Origin: Aplysia californica
Taxonomy: Eukaryota
NCBI RefSeq assembly: GCF_000002075.1
Contig: NW_004798141.1
Coordinates: forward strand, 10,238-62,030
Reading direction: 5' to 3'
Length of the DNA stretch: 51,793 nt
The notes under the pieces were generated by a model, which did no database searches, was not told where the DNA came from, and saw only the letters and a list, made by a program, of their open reading frames with translations. The number at the start of each line of letters is the position of its first letter. The stretch's first letter is position 1. Position numbers and translations under genes: made by a program. Positions 24,857 to 38,600 of the stretch are shown here, one piece after another.

Positions 24857-26105
24857 CAGGGTTGGGTTGATTTAAATCAGTTGATTTTTTAAATTTAAAT
24901 CAACTTGATTTTTAAAATAAAAATCAGTCATTTAAATCACTTTTTTTTAAAATAATTTTTATTCGGTTTTTACACATTTCAACATTCAGAATTCCTTTCC
25001 TTGGTTTCATAAAACAGATATAAAGTTCAGTAGACTAATATAATCATGCTTAAAAGTCTGATTTCCCCCCTTTCACTGTAAAATAATACAGTATATTCAA
25101 TTTACTTTTTTTTTCATAATTGAGACCAGAGCTGGGTTGATTAAAATCAGTTGATTTTTTTAAAATTTTAATCAATTTGATTTAAAAAATAAAAATCAGT
25201 GATTTAAATCACTTTTCAAAATAATGCATTCAGTTTTTATATTTATACTTTCAGAATTCCTTTCCTTGGTTTTATTTTAAACGGATATAAGGTTTCGGAG
25301 CGATAAGGTTTAGTAGACTAATATAATCATGCTTAAAAGTCTGCTTTCCCCCCTGTCACTGTAAAATAATACAGTTCTCAATTTACTTTTTTTTCATAAT
25401 TGAAAACTAGGGTTGGGTTAATATTTAAATCGGGTCGATTTAAATCAGTTGATTTTTTTTTATTTAAATCAACTTGATTTTAAAAATAAAACTCAGTGAT
25501 TTGAATCACTTTAAAAAAACGAGAGAAAAATGTTTTCTGTTTTTACATCTTTAAACATTCAGAATTCCTTTCCTTGGATTTATAAAACAGATATAAGGTT
25601 TAGTAGACTAAAATTGCTCAAAAGTCTGCTTTCCCCCCCTGTCACTTTAAGTAGTAAAATAATACAGTATTCAATTTACTTTTTTTTTCATAATTGAAAT
25701 TAGTATTTTCTTTTTCTTTTTAGACAAACACAAGCGCGTGCTCACACACACACTGTAATAAAAAATAAAATGCAAGTTTATCTATGCATAATTACACCCC
25801 CCCCCCCCCCCCCCCCTTCCTTTTAGACTGACATTTTCTTCATTTTTTGTCTGTAGCCATAATTCGCTGATAGCAGATTAAGGCTTTCTAAAGTTGCAGT
25901 TGTTTAAATTGATCATTAGTTAAAATAAAGACAATGCATTTTGAACTAAAAGAACATACTTTTAGCCACCAAAAATCCCAAACTGTGTCGACATTTTTTT
26001 AAAAATCAAAAAATTATTTTTAAAATCCGATTTAAATTTAAAAAATCTGATTTAAATCAAAAAAATCGATTTTTTTTATTTTTATCAAAAAAATCACCAA
26101 CCCTG
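24857..26105. mobile_element. hAT-like non-autonomous element with triplicated left end
   Basis: Termini CAGGGTTGG...CCAACCCTG, many subterminal GATTTAAATC motifs, and three ~270-290 bp tandem units (~24857, ~25131, ~25409). No TSD seen. Confidence 0.7.
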
Positions 26106-26109
26106 CGCC

Positions 26110-26646
26110 CAGACCCGGTAGAAATCTAGTGTGTGTGTAAGAGAGAGGGAGAGAGAGAGGTGCTAGCAATATGTATGACATGCCCCAGTTGGCAGGATGG
26201 AACGAGAGAAAGATAGAGTGGGAAATAGGTGGGGAGAAAGAAAGACAGAAACAAACTATGAAAAAGAGAAGGCGAGCGATGCACAGAGGAGAGAGAAATA
26301 GAGACTAGAGAGGGTCATGCTCGATTGAAATTATGACATTGTTCTTTTCTTCAAATTGCGATTCCTCCAGTTCTCTAAAACGGAGGAAAAACGATCGTTC
26401 ATCGAAAAGACATCCGCATTCTTCATTTAGATCTAGATCTAGGCAAGCCGCGAAACTAGATCAAAGATTTATGTCTGTCTGCCTAGATCTAGATCTAGAC
26501 CTAGGCCATAGATCTAGAAGAGTACCTAGGTCTACCCTGAGCCAAGAGGGCACTGAAACTCTCCGAAATCACAAAAGAGTTCCCCTACCGGGTCTGTTTA
26601 CTTTGTTGTGACTTTGTTCCCGGTTATCGGGTCTGTATACACTCCC
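26110..26646 (-). mobile_element. Second, inverted and truncated copy of the Mutator-type MITE
   Basis: 26175-26646 is the reverse complement of 23509-24056, ending ...GGGTCTGTATACACTCCC. Confidence 0.85.
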
Positions 26647-28271
26647 TTATACTATGGCCACCTCTTCTTTTTTTTAAAAGGTACAGTCGGGAGGAGGGGT
26701 GGGGTTGAAGGCAACACCGGATGATAAAAACTGAACTTGGAAGCAAATTTTAATATTTAGAATTTTGATTAGGCTATACTAGAGCTTCCTGCTACGGAAA
26801 AGCGTGCATTGGTGCAAGCCCTGTGTGGAATTGGGATCCGTCATACTTAATAAGCCTTGTTTTTTAACCAAAAGGTCCGCGTTTCATTGGATGTATGATG
26901 AAGATGGGACTGGTCATAAAATGTGTACAATAATGACTGTATTGCTACGGGTCAGCCTGGGAATCGACTCAGAGAAAAAATGATGGGAATCAATTATTCT
27001 TTTATATAACAAACACCCTCTCTCTATCTTTTTTCCTGCCCGTCTGTCTCTCTCTCCCTTTTCTCTTTCCTTCTCTCTTTCTCTCGCTCCGTTCTCTCTC
27101 TATTTTTCTCTGTCTGTTTCTCCCTCACTCTTTCTCTCTCTCCCTTTCTCTTTCTCTCGCTCTCTCTCTCACATACACTGCCCACAGACAAAATTGCACG
27201 CTTTGAACTCGAGAGCGCTGAAACGTTTGTTTACACTCGTTTATCACGGGCCATCACATGCTAACACAAGGTCGCACCCAAGTCTTGCCCAGACCCGAGA
27301 TAGGACATTTGAAACATCTTGATAGGCTTATACATTTTTGTCATATATATTATCCTAATGCGTTGTTGCGTAAATATGAGAGTTTGTCGTTTTCCCTTAC
27401 TCTGGCGAACTCTGAGCCAGGGCTCAGTGTAAGGGAAAACGGCGAATGGTCGATCGGTCAAGGATCGCTGTTTCGTTTTCATGAAATGGAACACTTGAAG
27501 CAGGCCAAAATATTAAATTTTTAAGTCACTGTCATCACTGAATAAAACCAGCTTACTTAAACTGGCAGTGGATGCTCCGTCTAAACGAAGCTTGAGTGCC
27601 AGGAACGTAGCGTCAACAGCGCCTGCAAACTGCATTCAGGGCACTGTGAACGTAGTTGGTAGGCTACGTTCACTACGTAGGCTAAAAGATCTATAGCCTA
27701 ATAAATTTTTTTATTAAAAGAGTGAAACAAGGCTACATCCATCTCTTTTCCTTGCCTGACATTATTTAGTGATCTCTAGTTTTCTAGCTTTATTTTTACA
27801 AAGTGACTAGATGTAAGATCTTATTTCTCTGAAAGCTCGAGAAAATGAACTTGTCCTCTATTATTTCTCTAAACGGTTGCCGTTCTCAGGATTTTTTGGT
27901 TATGCCTATTTGGGAGATTTAGCCTTGGCATCATCTTTCATTTTGCCATTCTGCCAGAACTGGGAAGATGCATTTTTTGCATCGAATTCAATTTCTAGAG
28001 CTAGAGATTTTTATATTTATATGTTCAGATACTTAAATTGTGGTTCGGGAAACGTTCCCGGACTTTCCACTTTATTTTAAAATGCCTTCAAAAGGTACTG
28101 CGGGAAAACAAGACTGCTTGACTTTGGCAGTAATCTATTTTTCATTTCGAAGTGACTATTCCCAGTGACACTGGGGATAGGCACAGGAACAATTCCCAGT
28201 GACAACAGAACTCTTTTGCATTAAAAAAATAACCTTTGAATTTTCACTTCGAACTTCGTAACAAAATTGCG

Positions 28272-28345
28272 ATGCAGATGGAAGTGGGCGCCAAGTTCTC
28301 CTCCTTCAAAGAGTTTGAAGAGAAATTTGCATCTTTTCAAAAGAT
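28272..28345 (+). pseudogene. Short remnant resembling the N-terminus of a MULE transposase / ZSWIM3-like protein
   Basis: MQMEVGAKFSSFKEFEEKFASFQK fits the MxxGxxFxSxxEF start of MULE-derived DNA-binding domains. The similarity stops abruptly. Recognised from memory, not searched. Confidence 0.4.
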
Positions 28346-29690
28346 CAAGATTCTTGGCTTAGATTCTATTCTAACTTGTACTGTAGACTCTCTTCTCACT
28401 TCAGATCAGTTCTTTTGTTCTCTTCTCTTACTTGGGCCTAGACCTGACCATAGCCTAGATCTATCTTGATCAAGATCTTGAAAAAAGAAGAATCGGAAAG
28501 GTTTTCCACCTGCCCTGTATCGGGGTCTCCAAAATCCCTTTATTAAATCTAGATCTAAATTACGACTGAATAACAAGCAAGCATAGAATGATCATTCCTT
28601 TCTTCAAAAAAAAATTCTTCCACTCACACCATAATCTACTTTAGTTTAGTTGAATCTAGATCTACATTAGATAGTTTAGTATTTTCTAACTTCGTAAACC
28701 CTCCCCCAAATATCGTGATTGCCAGGACAGTGCTCGTCTGATGTTTGCGTGTGCCGGACTGACCTTCTCCGTTCAACCTTGTGGATTTGCGGTGTGACGA
28801 AATGACTCAGACTGGTCGCCGTCAGTCCCATCTATCACACATTAGTATACGCAGAAGAAATTGGGGCATTCACTTGAAGAAAAAAAATTCCTATATATAT
28901 CTTTAGTGGTGGTCGAGTTTTTCTGAAGTAAAGGGGGTTGGTCGGTAGTCCTAAACCTGCCGAATGGTACCATGATTTTCCGGCTTACCTTATTCGGAGG
29001 GGCCTCTAAACATCTAAGAACCCAAACACCCCCAAATTTCGCAGCTAATTAAGAGAAAGGTCAATTTTCACATCGCAGTCTTTGCACTTCTTGCCAATTT
29101 ACAATAAATGACTTTCTTTTGAAACTACATAATTATGTGATAAGGTCGAGACTATACAGGTCTTGTGGCATGGCTTGACACACATGGAAATGAATGAGTG
29201 AAATACAATCTGATTGGAAAATTATTAATTTACTCACAGCTAGAGGTAGCCTACAGAGAAGTGAGTCTACTGGGAATAACTTATTCAGAGTATGTTTGGA
29301 AATATCAACAGCCCTAAAACATTTATTAGTTTTGTCTATATTATTTAGTGTTGTACATGATGAAACTTATTTGAAATACCTGAACAGATGGTTGAAGTGG
29401 AAACACCAGGATGATATAGGATTTTTAGAGCAATACGCATGAAGAAATGATGGAGAACTATGATCGCCGATGTCTATTTCAGATTTGACGCTTTATGTTT
29501 ATGATGATCATAACATGCAATAAAGTTTAAGATGTTGATGTTGTCAACAATCACGATTGGGATGCAAATATATGATCATTTTACTGACTTAACAGTAAAC
29601 TATGAAAGGAATCTCAGCCTTTTCTGTTTCTCTCATTATCATTCGTTATGACCATAACTTGTGTTTTTGTTTTATTTTTTTTTAGGAGCA

Positions 29691-32600
29691 ATGTTCCCAG
29701 CAAGAAACAACTTTGGCTACACAGGTCAGGTCCCAAACCTCGCCAATGGCTTTAGATTTCAGCAGAGATCCCCACTTTTTGGGCATAATATGCCTTTTAT
29801 TCCACTGTACCATATGCCAGGTTATCAACCTATGGGTGGTATGCCACCTCGGTTTCCAGTACAAATGCCAAGGGGACCTGCACACGCTAATAACAGGGGA
29901 AAAAGGTACGTCAGTGTTTTTTGGGTTTTTTTGCTCTTGACATGTTATTCTTACCTTCTTTATGGTTTGTTTATATTTAAAAGATGTTCATGGATTGTAA
30001 TAATAAATAACCCATCTGTTTAGGCTCCCTGTGTACGTTGCTCTAGGTCTTCCTCTGCCTCTTTCGCCTTCAGTTTTGCAAGGGAGAACTAGATGTTTAA
30101 GGCCTTTATGTTTATTTTTTTACCTTCACAAAGGCGCCATGCTCCGTTTGCAAATCCTCAACCATCAAAGAAAGCTCGCACATCAGACTCTCATCTCTCT
30201 TTACAAGAAGTGGCCCCAGATGAAGAAGGAAAGCGTTATAAAGTCCCAGTGAGCCAAGGGACAGAGAAGGTGAATGGTGTTGAATAAACTGTTTTGTTTT
30301 GTTACAAGTGGGAACAGTGGTGTCTAATAATGTATATTTCTTATTGATTCCTGAAAATGTTTTTTCGCTGTACTAAGCTACTTATTTTTGGTTAATAAAA
30401 AGTATAGTGCATTTATGTGATAATGTTTAGCAGTTGTCGAAAGTGGGCTATATAATATGCTTTACAAAAAAAAATGTATGACTTATAATACTGTAAAACT
30501 TTATAAGCTTCATTGGGAGTATCCAATGTACGGTACCATTTTTCACATGCTGGAACACTAACATATTGACGAGATCTTTCACTGCCATAGTGATTCATGG
30601 GTGAAATACGAAAATTTGTGTAAAGTGTCTTGTTCAAGGACACAACATCGTGCCGGAGGAAGATTTGAGCTAACACCTTTCCAGTTACGAGACCGGCAGC
30701 CTAACCGCTGGATTGCCAACGACTGTAGTCATGTTTAAGTAGTTCTGATCTTATTTTATTTATTTATTATAAAGCAATTTTCATAACTTTGGGCTTAGTA
30801 TTTCTGAACAGCTGACTGATCATTTATTGATGACAAATGGGGGAAAAAAAGAAGGACAAAAACTGTTATTGTGATTCTTTCTGAACCTCTGTCAGACCAT
30901 AAGATTCTGCTTATTATCTATTTTGAGTGTAAGTTGACAGGTATGCTTGCTAGAATTGACACCTAATCCTTTATGATACCTTTAAGTGAAGAGTGTTTGA
31001 GTTGCAGATATAATAAAAGTTGGGCTGGTCTTCATCCTCCCCACAGGTTTCCATTCCAGCAACTTAGTCTCCTGGGGTATTTAGAGGGATGTCATGGGGT
31101 CACACTTTTATCTTTATCTTTTTTTTTTTTACTGTTCACAGATTACTGTTGCCATTTGGAATTACTTCCTTAGAGCACAGATGACAGATGAGGACCTCAA
31201 GAAAAAAATGAAGCTTCGTAAAAGCCTTCATACAATTTTTGAGGGGGCTTTTCCAGGTTGGTAATTTCAGGATTGTTCTTACAGACTCATGTGACTTCTT
31301 GCTACTATGCTTAATTTTTTTGAGAAGCTGGAATGTAATGTACAAATTCAGTTACAAACTTTGAAAAAATGCTGTTTTTAGGAGCAATAGCGTATAAAGG
31401 AATCCTTGTTTATTATTAATTGTTATTTTAAAGATGATTCATTTTGACTGCAAATGGGTGATAAGTGGGCTTTCAAAATATTTTATGCTCATTTCACATT
31501 TGGTTTAGATGAACATATTGTTCTCAGGTTGTCGCCTATTTATTGTTGGATCTTCAATGACCGGATTTGCTACGAAGTCAAGTGATGTGGACATGTGCTT
31601 CATGATCTCAGAAAAAGAGGTTAGTGGGCATAAAACTAATTATTACTGTTGTTTTTGTTTTTAACCTCATTCATCTTAACCCCATCGTGACCTATGTGAC
31701 GTACACCCTTCGTCATTTTTTTCTTACATGGCAAATGAGCCATTCAGAATTCAAGTCACTTTTTGTATCACCAATAATTCTCAATTTAAATCTGTCTCTT
31801 TCACCCTACCCGAAATTTTTTTTAAAAAATCAACAGTTTTACTGTGTTCATTGTATTTGTTATTATGGGGTAGGTATAGCAAACATATGAATGGGTTACA
31901 AAACCCTTAATCTGACTATTATTGGACTTTACAAATGTGGATTCTATTGTCAATGTTTCTCAGAGGAATATCTAATAAACAAAATTTTGCATACAACTAC
32001 TGAAACTGAAAACTGGCTCTGATTATAACTACCTCTCCTTAATTGTTGCACATAACATGCTTTATCTTGATAAAAGGCTGAATGCTGGAAAGGTGTGAAA
32101 TGCTCTGTCTGTCCATTATTTCTTTTGTTTAAGTGTTATGAACACTGCAATAGGTTCGAGTTGTGGTTTTTTTATAATGGCATTGCTTTAAAAATCTGGA
32201 TCCTGTCAAAATGTGTGCAAACATATTATTGTCTCATGTTTGTTTAAATATTTTTTCCTAGATTAGATATTGAATTGTTCTTATTAAATATGTTGTTTAC
32301 AACATACTTCTTCTTTTTGAAGATGTGTTTTGTTTGCCTTTGTCTTTTCAGATTGACCAGAAGGGGGATGCTACTTTCATTCTGAGTTTAATTGCAAAGG
32401 CCTTAGGACGTTGCTGTAAGTCTTATTACCTTGAAATTTTGTTATGTATTATTAACTTTATGAGATTATGTGGTCTTTTGTGGGTGAGCCCACATTCAGA
32501 TTGTCTTTGTTTGTAAGGAGTTTCATACTGCACTATTTTTTTGTTGAATCTTTAACCCCTGAGTGTTGAATGTTAATTTCAGCACACCTGCGTTTTCGGG

Positions 32601-35600
32601 TTGTGTTTCAATTTTCACTTTATTTAAGTTCTCGTGTGATATCATTCGCTTGTCAATATGTTAGAAATCAACTTTTTTCCACCCGTTGGCCAATTTTTAT
32701 GAACAGTTTGGATCAACACCTTTATTCTCTTGTTAAAACCCATAAAACATAAACAAAGGCTTTCACACTTTGGAAATCACAAATCTTTGGTGACTGTTTT
32801 CTCGCTAAGTTTATCTTTGATACCAGACGACCCCCACTTCTTCTGTCGCTAATATATATTGACTTCTATTGAAGATAGATGTGGATTTAATTTTTTCATC
32901 AAAAGCAAGGCAAATCAACAAGCCTTAAGATAATGCCAATAACTCCACATGGCGAAAATTGATGAGCGTCTAATTCCACCGTATTGTTACATGTTTCTGT
33001 TTTGTCATACTGAGCTTCAGAGTTATAAGCTTTTAAAATTGTACACTTTATTCTTGGACATCGTATGCCTTTGAAGACTTTATGTAGCTGACATAGCATG
33101 TTTCATTCTCATTCTTTGCAAAAGGCCCCAATTTCAAAAATATATATATTGGGGNNNNNNNNNNNNNNNNNNNNNNNNNNNNNNNNNNNNNNNNNNNNNN
33201 NNNNNNNNNNNNNNNNNNNNNNNNNNNNNNNNNNNNNNNNNNNNNNNNNNNNNNGATCCTCTACATTGTTTATTTTAACACTCTAATTTGTATGAAAACG
33301 CTGCCCATTTTATTTGTTAAAATTTCTTCACCCTTTATTTTTTCAGCGTTTGTCCGCTCTCCACTTGTGATAAGAGCGAAAGTTCCCATCTTGAAATTTG
33401 AAGATCGTAATTCGTAAGTTTATTTTTTTATTCATAAAATGGTAGGATTCTTCTCTGTGTCTAGTGTGTTTTTGAAATCAGTCAAGTTTAGTTGGATCTC
33501 AACTGCAAAAGTGTTCAAAAGATTAGGATATTGCTCATGATGTACGCAAGGTTGTTTAAGCTCCCAGTGGCAAAGACACAATGTCATCAGGAAACGATAT
33601 CAAAGCTCCCTATGGATAACAAATGGACATATTCTACTTTTCAGTTTGGTAATTATTTTTTTCTGTAGTATCCTGTAATTTTGATGGACAGATAAATATT
33701 GTAATAGCAAATATTTCAATAGCAGTACCCTATGTTTGGTACATACGTGTAAATAAAATGTTTATGAATGAATTTGTACAATGTCATGGGGAATATTTTG
33801 TTTCAGAGGAGTAGAATGTGATTTGAACATCAACAACACCATCGGCATCAGAAACACACATCTACTGCGACACTATGCATACAGTAAGTTTCTCTGTGCA
33901 AGCAATTAATTAATTTCAACTGCTTTGTGAAAAACTTTGTCGCACACTATTTTGAAAGATGATGAAGTGTTACACTTCTCAGTTGATTTGTGAATGTAAA
34001 GGCAATTAAATTTAAAAAATTCAGGTCACATATTTATGAATCATGTATTGTATTTGTATTCTTTGAGTCTGTGAACTCTGTTCTGTCAAGGAAGAAGCTT
34101 GTGATTTTTTTGTTAACATTCAAAGACTAATGTTTCCAATTGTTGATTAAATTTGTGTATAATTTTTTTTTCCCCTCGTTGAAATGATTCATTTTATTAT
34201 TTATGACATGTGAACTCAGTGTGATAACAATGACCATTAAAAAAATATTTCTTTATGTTTTGCCAGTGGATTGGAGGGTTCGACCTCTCATGCTGTTCAT
34301 CAAGCGCTGGGCAAGGTACCATGACATCAATGATGCCAGCAAGAAAACTATCTCCAGCTACTCCCTGTCTCTTATGCTCATTCACTATCTACAAGGTCTG
34401 TATTGGATTAACAGCTGTACTTTGTGACAATGAGTTTTGATTCACTGAGATGTGTTTTGCTTCATTACTTATTTTCATAAACTTTAAACGTAATCAGCTT
34501 CTGTAAGTTAAAAAAGTTTTTGGTAGTGTCATGTCTTTATTCAACAAATTTTCCTATACAAGTGTCATTTTCCATATTAAGGAGAATAAAACATGCCCAG
34601 TTGTCACTTAGTTACAGTTTTCAAAGGGTAAGTCTCATAAAATTCTCTTTTTGTTGGATGAATTTATTATAAAGTCTCTGGCTATGCAACCATGCTATGA
34701 AGTGAATTACCAAGGGGAGTAAGTACTCTTTCAAATTTCATTGAGTGATATTAGACCTGCTGTTTGCCGACAATCGTCTGAAATCCGACCCGCGAGCCGG
34801 CCGATGCTATGGCAAGGCCCACCTGTATTATAGTCAATGTGCGTAGTGCGAGGCCTGGCCGACTGCCAGCGCCCCCCTTTTTCTCCCGTCGGCTTTGTCG
34901 ACACTTTCGTTTTCGTGCCGACGTCGGCGTTTCTGACATAATTGTCGGACCCGAGTAGAAATGCGAATATGGAAAAGGACAACGACCTAAATTATCTACT
35001 TTCAGTTTCGTGCTCGACCGGCCACTTTGAGTTTCATTTGTTGACTAATTCAATTGTTCAGATCATGTGGATTCATTCAAGTCCGACTCACTTGTTCTAC
35101 TAGATCTAGATCTAGATATTTATAGATCATTATAGACCTCAATGGAGGATTCATATTCCAATTCTATTGTGTCAAACCCTATCATAGGTTGTGCTGTAAT
35201 ATTAATGTTGGTAAAAAGCATTTAATCGGGTGCGTGAATTATTTATTTTTTTAGAATCTAGATCTATATATGGAGGATTCATTATATTCCAATTCTATTG
35301 TGTTATTGTCTCAAACCCTAATAGAGCAATGTAGATGTAGGCCATATTATGCTCCTGACCTTGTTTGTTTTGGAGAGTGGTTTTGTTTTTTTTTAGATTA
35401 AATATTTTTTCATTTTGGACTTGTGCTGGCCTTTTTACATGAGGCCCGTTGCAGTTTCTTTTTTGAGGTAGGCCTAGGGGCAGGGTTAGGTCTCTTCTTT
35501 ATTTTATTGTGTTTGTTGGGGTGGTCGCTCGTTACTCAGAAGTCCTTCCTTATGACACCCACCAAAGCTCTTGGGGGGGGGGGGTGCGCAAAATTTTCAG

Positions 35601-38600
35601 ACAATCTGGTTGAGGCTCACATGCAGGTCTATGATATATAAACCGTGTCACATCTGATCTCCTGCAGAGGGTTGCATCCTTGTGCTGAGCTTGTCACCTG
35701 GTAGAAATCTTTTCTACGCTGAACAATAACAGACGACCTCCACCATAGTTATAATGGCACAGCTCTCTCACACTGTCTGCACACCACACATGGCTGGTCT
35801 CTGGCTTTTCTCGTTGTGCAATTCTGTCTCGCACTGTATCCATATACATTTTTTTCTCCCAAGTGAAGTCACAATCTCAACTAATGAAGGAGGGCATGTA
35901 GTGTTTGCTTTGTTTCCATCTGTTCCAAGTAAAGTTCGTAATTTTATTGCTGATCTCTCTTTCTGGCAGCAGCGCAGGAACTATTGTGCTATTAGTTTGA
36001 TGAAATTGTCAATGAAACTCGCCCTTATGAGTGACAATTATTGTGTTAAAAAAATCTGATTCTAAGCTGCCAATGTTTTATGGGGCTCTGCTTTTATCCA
36101 GCTTGCAATTAACCAGAATCTACTGTATTTTTGTACTGAATGCTGTCACTGTCACTTTTCAATCTTATGCAAGTTTTTGCTTTGTATTTTCACAGCTGGT
36201 GTGAGACCTGCAGTGTTACCCTGTCTTCAAAATCTGCAGCCTGTAAGTCTTTACGAGTTGTAGTTGACTATCATTAGTTCATTTGTAATGTTTTTCTTTC
36301 ATAGTTACAGTATTGATAGAATGAGGCTATTGTGTGTGTTTTTTGCTTCTAAAATGAAGTCTAACTTAGTCTGACGCATACCTGTCCAAGACAATCACGT
36401 GTTCAAAACTCCAGTTCCCATTTTCCCCTTGTGTTTTTAAAGAATATTACAATGACCCTGGCAAAGACAATCTCTTATCTCCTCGACAATGGATGGCCAT
36501 CTTATACAACTTTATATCTTAACATTAACCCTTGAACTCTGCTGATCCTACTATACCCCCCTGCCTGGCCTCGTCGGCCCTTTTATGGAAATTTCACATG
36601 GGTCACAACAAATAGACCAGACAACAAATACGTCACACACAATAACAAAATATCCAGTTTTTCATTCCTTGAATTGTATTACAGAAAACTTCTGTTATGC
36701 CTGAAATAAACAACACCAACAAGAGTCCATTTAACTTCTGTGTGTATGAAACGATATTTTCGAGTAACACGCAAACAATATACAAACAATTTATTATCTC
36801 TGGCGTATTTGTGTTTGGTGTGGAAGCATGAAACAGGGTCCCAATCGAAGTATTTTGTAGATGGTTTGGGATGCTCCTGTCCTTTTCTCGCCACTTTTTC
36901 TGCATGTTGATGTACTGTTAGATCTGCAACTAAAAGATTTATGGCTACTATTCCTAGAACTAGAACCATTAGATTAAACAGTCTCCACTCTTACAACAGT
37001 TGTGATATTTGCTCCAGTTGACAAGCTTTATGGTAATTTGATGGTGACTTCCTTTAGCCCATAATAGCTATTTAAAAAAATAAAATAAAATAAAATTTGA
37101 CCAAACTTAATGAAATGATACGAGTTTGTCAACTGCTGACTCTCGGCTTTCCATTGTTTGTTTGGGAAAATTATACTGGAGCTATCTAATTGATTATAAT
37201 GCTAATTCCACATACACCTGGGGTCTGGCCACCAGGCGCATAGCACATCCAGTAAGTACGTGGGAACCAACACAATTGAGTTAATTGAAAAAATCAAATG
37301 AAAATATTGCACTTACTTCCACAGGACATGTTTAGCTCATCTAGAGATGTGCGCAAGCTTTCTCTGAGTATGGAGGATGTGGTGGACTTTTCTTCACAAA
37401 ATGCAGCGACTCTGGGAGAACTCTTTCTAGGCTTTCTCAACTACTATGCAAATGTCTTCAAGTGAGTAACAAAATGTTGTGTTTTTTACTCTATCTGATA
37501 GATATGGGTTGTTTAGGAAAGTCACAGTCATTCAGTATAGAGGTGTATAAACAACAGTATATATATATTTGTGAGGCATCATGATGAAATCAGGCGCTCA
37601 CCAAAATAATGAAATTAACACATTGCACCCTAAGGGCCTGGACGGGAAGTCCATTCCTAGATCTTAAGAAGGGGAAGGAACTCACCTCACGTAACTACTT
37701 GCGTTTAAAAAACACATTTTAAAAATACGAAACAAATTCCTGAAATCCTGAAAAAATAAAAGTGAAAAGAGAAATGGATGTAGTTTCTGAAAAATATTAC
37801 TTTATGTAATCGCAAACTGTTGGAAGTGTTCTAACTTTACTTCAGTCGGGGTGTCCGACCCGTCGCTCTCGTCTCACCCTCAGCCTCGCGGTCGGGCCCG
37901 AGATCTAAATTCTAGATTTTCTACACGTTTGATCAATCTGAATCCCCTCAAACTCTTGCTACAACGTTTTCATCAAAATCGGAGTCATCTGATTTGTCAC
38001 ATGCTCGTTTTTGCTCAAATCAATCGTTTTTTCCTTTTTTAAACTCAATTGTGTCGCTTTTCAACAAGTTGAGACACCTTCGAAGTGTCGGTAACGCGAT
38101 TGCACTTCGATCGCTTTTCGGTTTCAGACGAAAGAAGAAACTTTTTGCAATAACTGTGCAAATCAAATTCTCGGCCCCAGACAAGGCGAGACTTCGTTTC
38201 TAAAGATGCTAGGTCGGTGCGGGCGAGTTAGGGTGGATCGCATAAGGAAATTCTCATGCGAGTTAGGGTGTAATGTGTAAAGAAACTGTCATATTTTTTT
38301 TTGCCTTTTGTGCAGTTTTTTTTTTTTTTCTTGTCCATTTAAAAACACATTTCTATGTGGATTTTACTGAAAGACGTTGGTTGAAGGCACAAATTTGTAC
38401 ATTTTCATTTTTCAAGGACTATAGAAGCTACCAGACTTTGGCGGCCATTTTCTAGGTAATTTTACCTCCAAAACTGGGTGACCCCCACTTTCTTCAATGG
38501 CAAATATCTCAATTTCCATTCCAGATAGATGGTTAATTTTTTGTCACAAGCAAGGCAGATGAGCAAGCTTTATAATGGTACTAATAACTCCATGTATCCC

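Noticed and set aside
28730-28995. GC-richer patch with TGACTCA and a minus-strand AG|GTAAG donor as an alternative first exon or promoter
   Set aside because: It cannot be tied to either gene from sequence alone, so it is kept only as an alternative to the 22.5-23.1 kb candidate.
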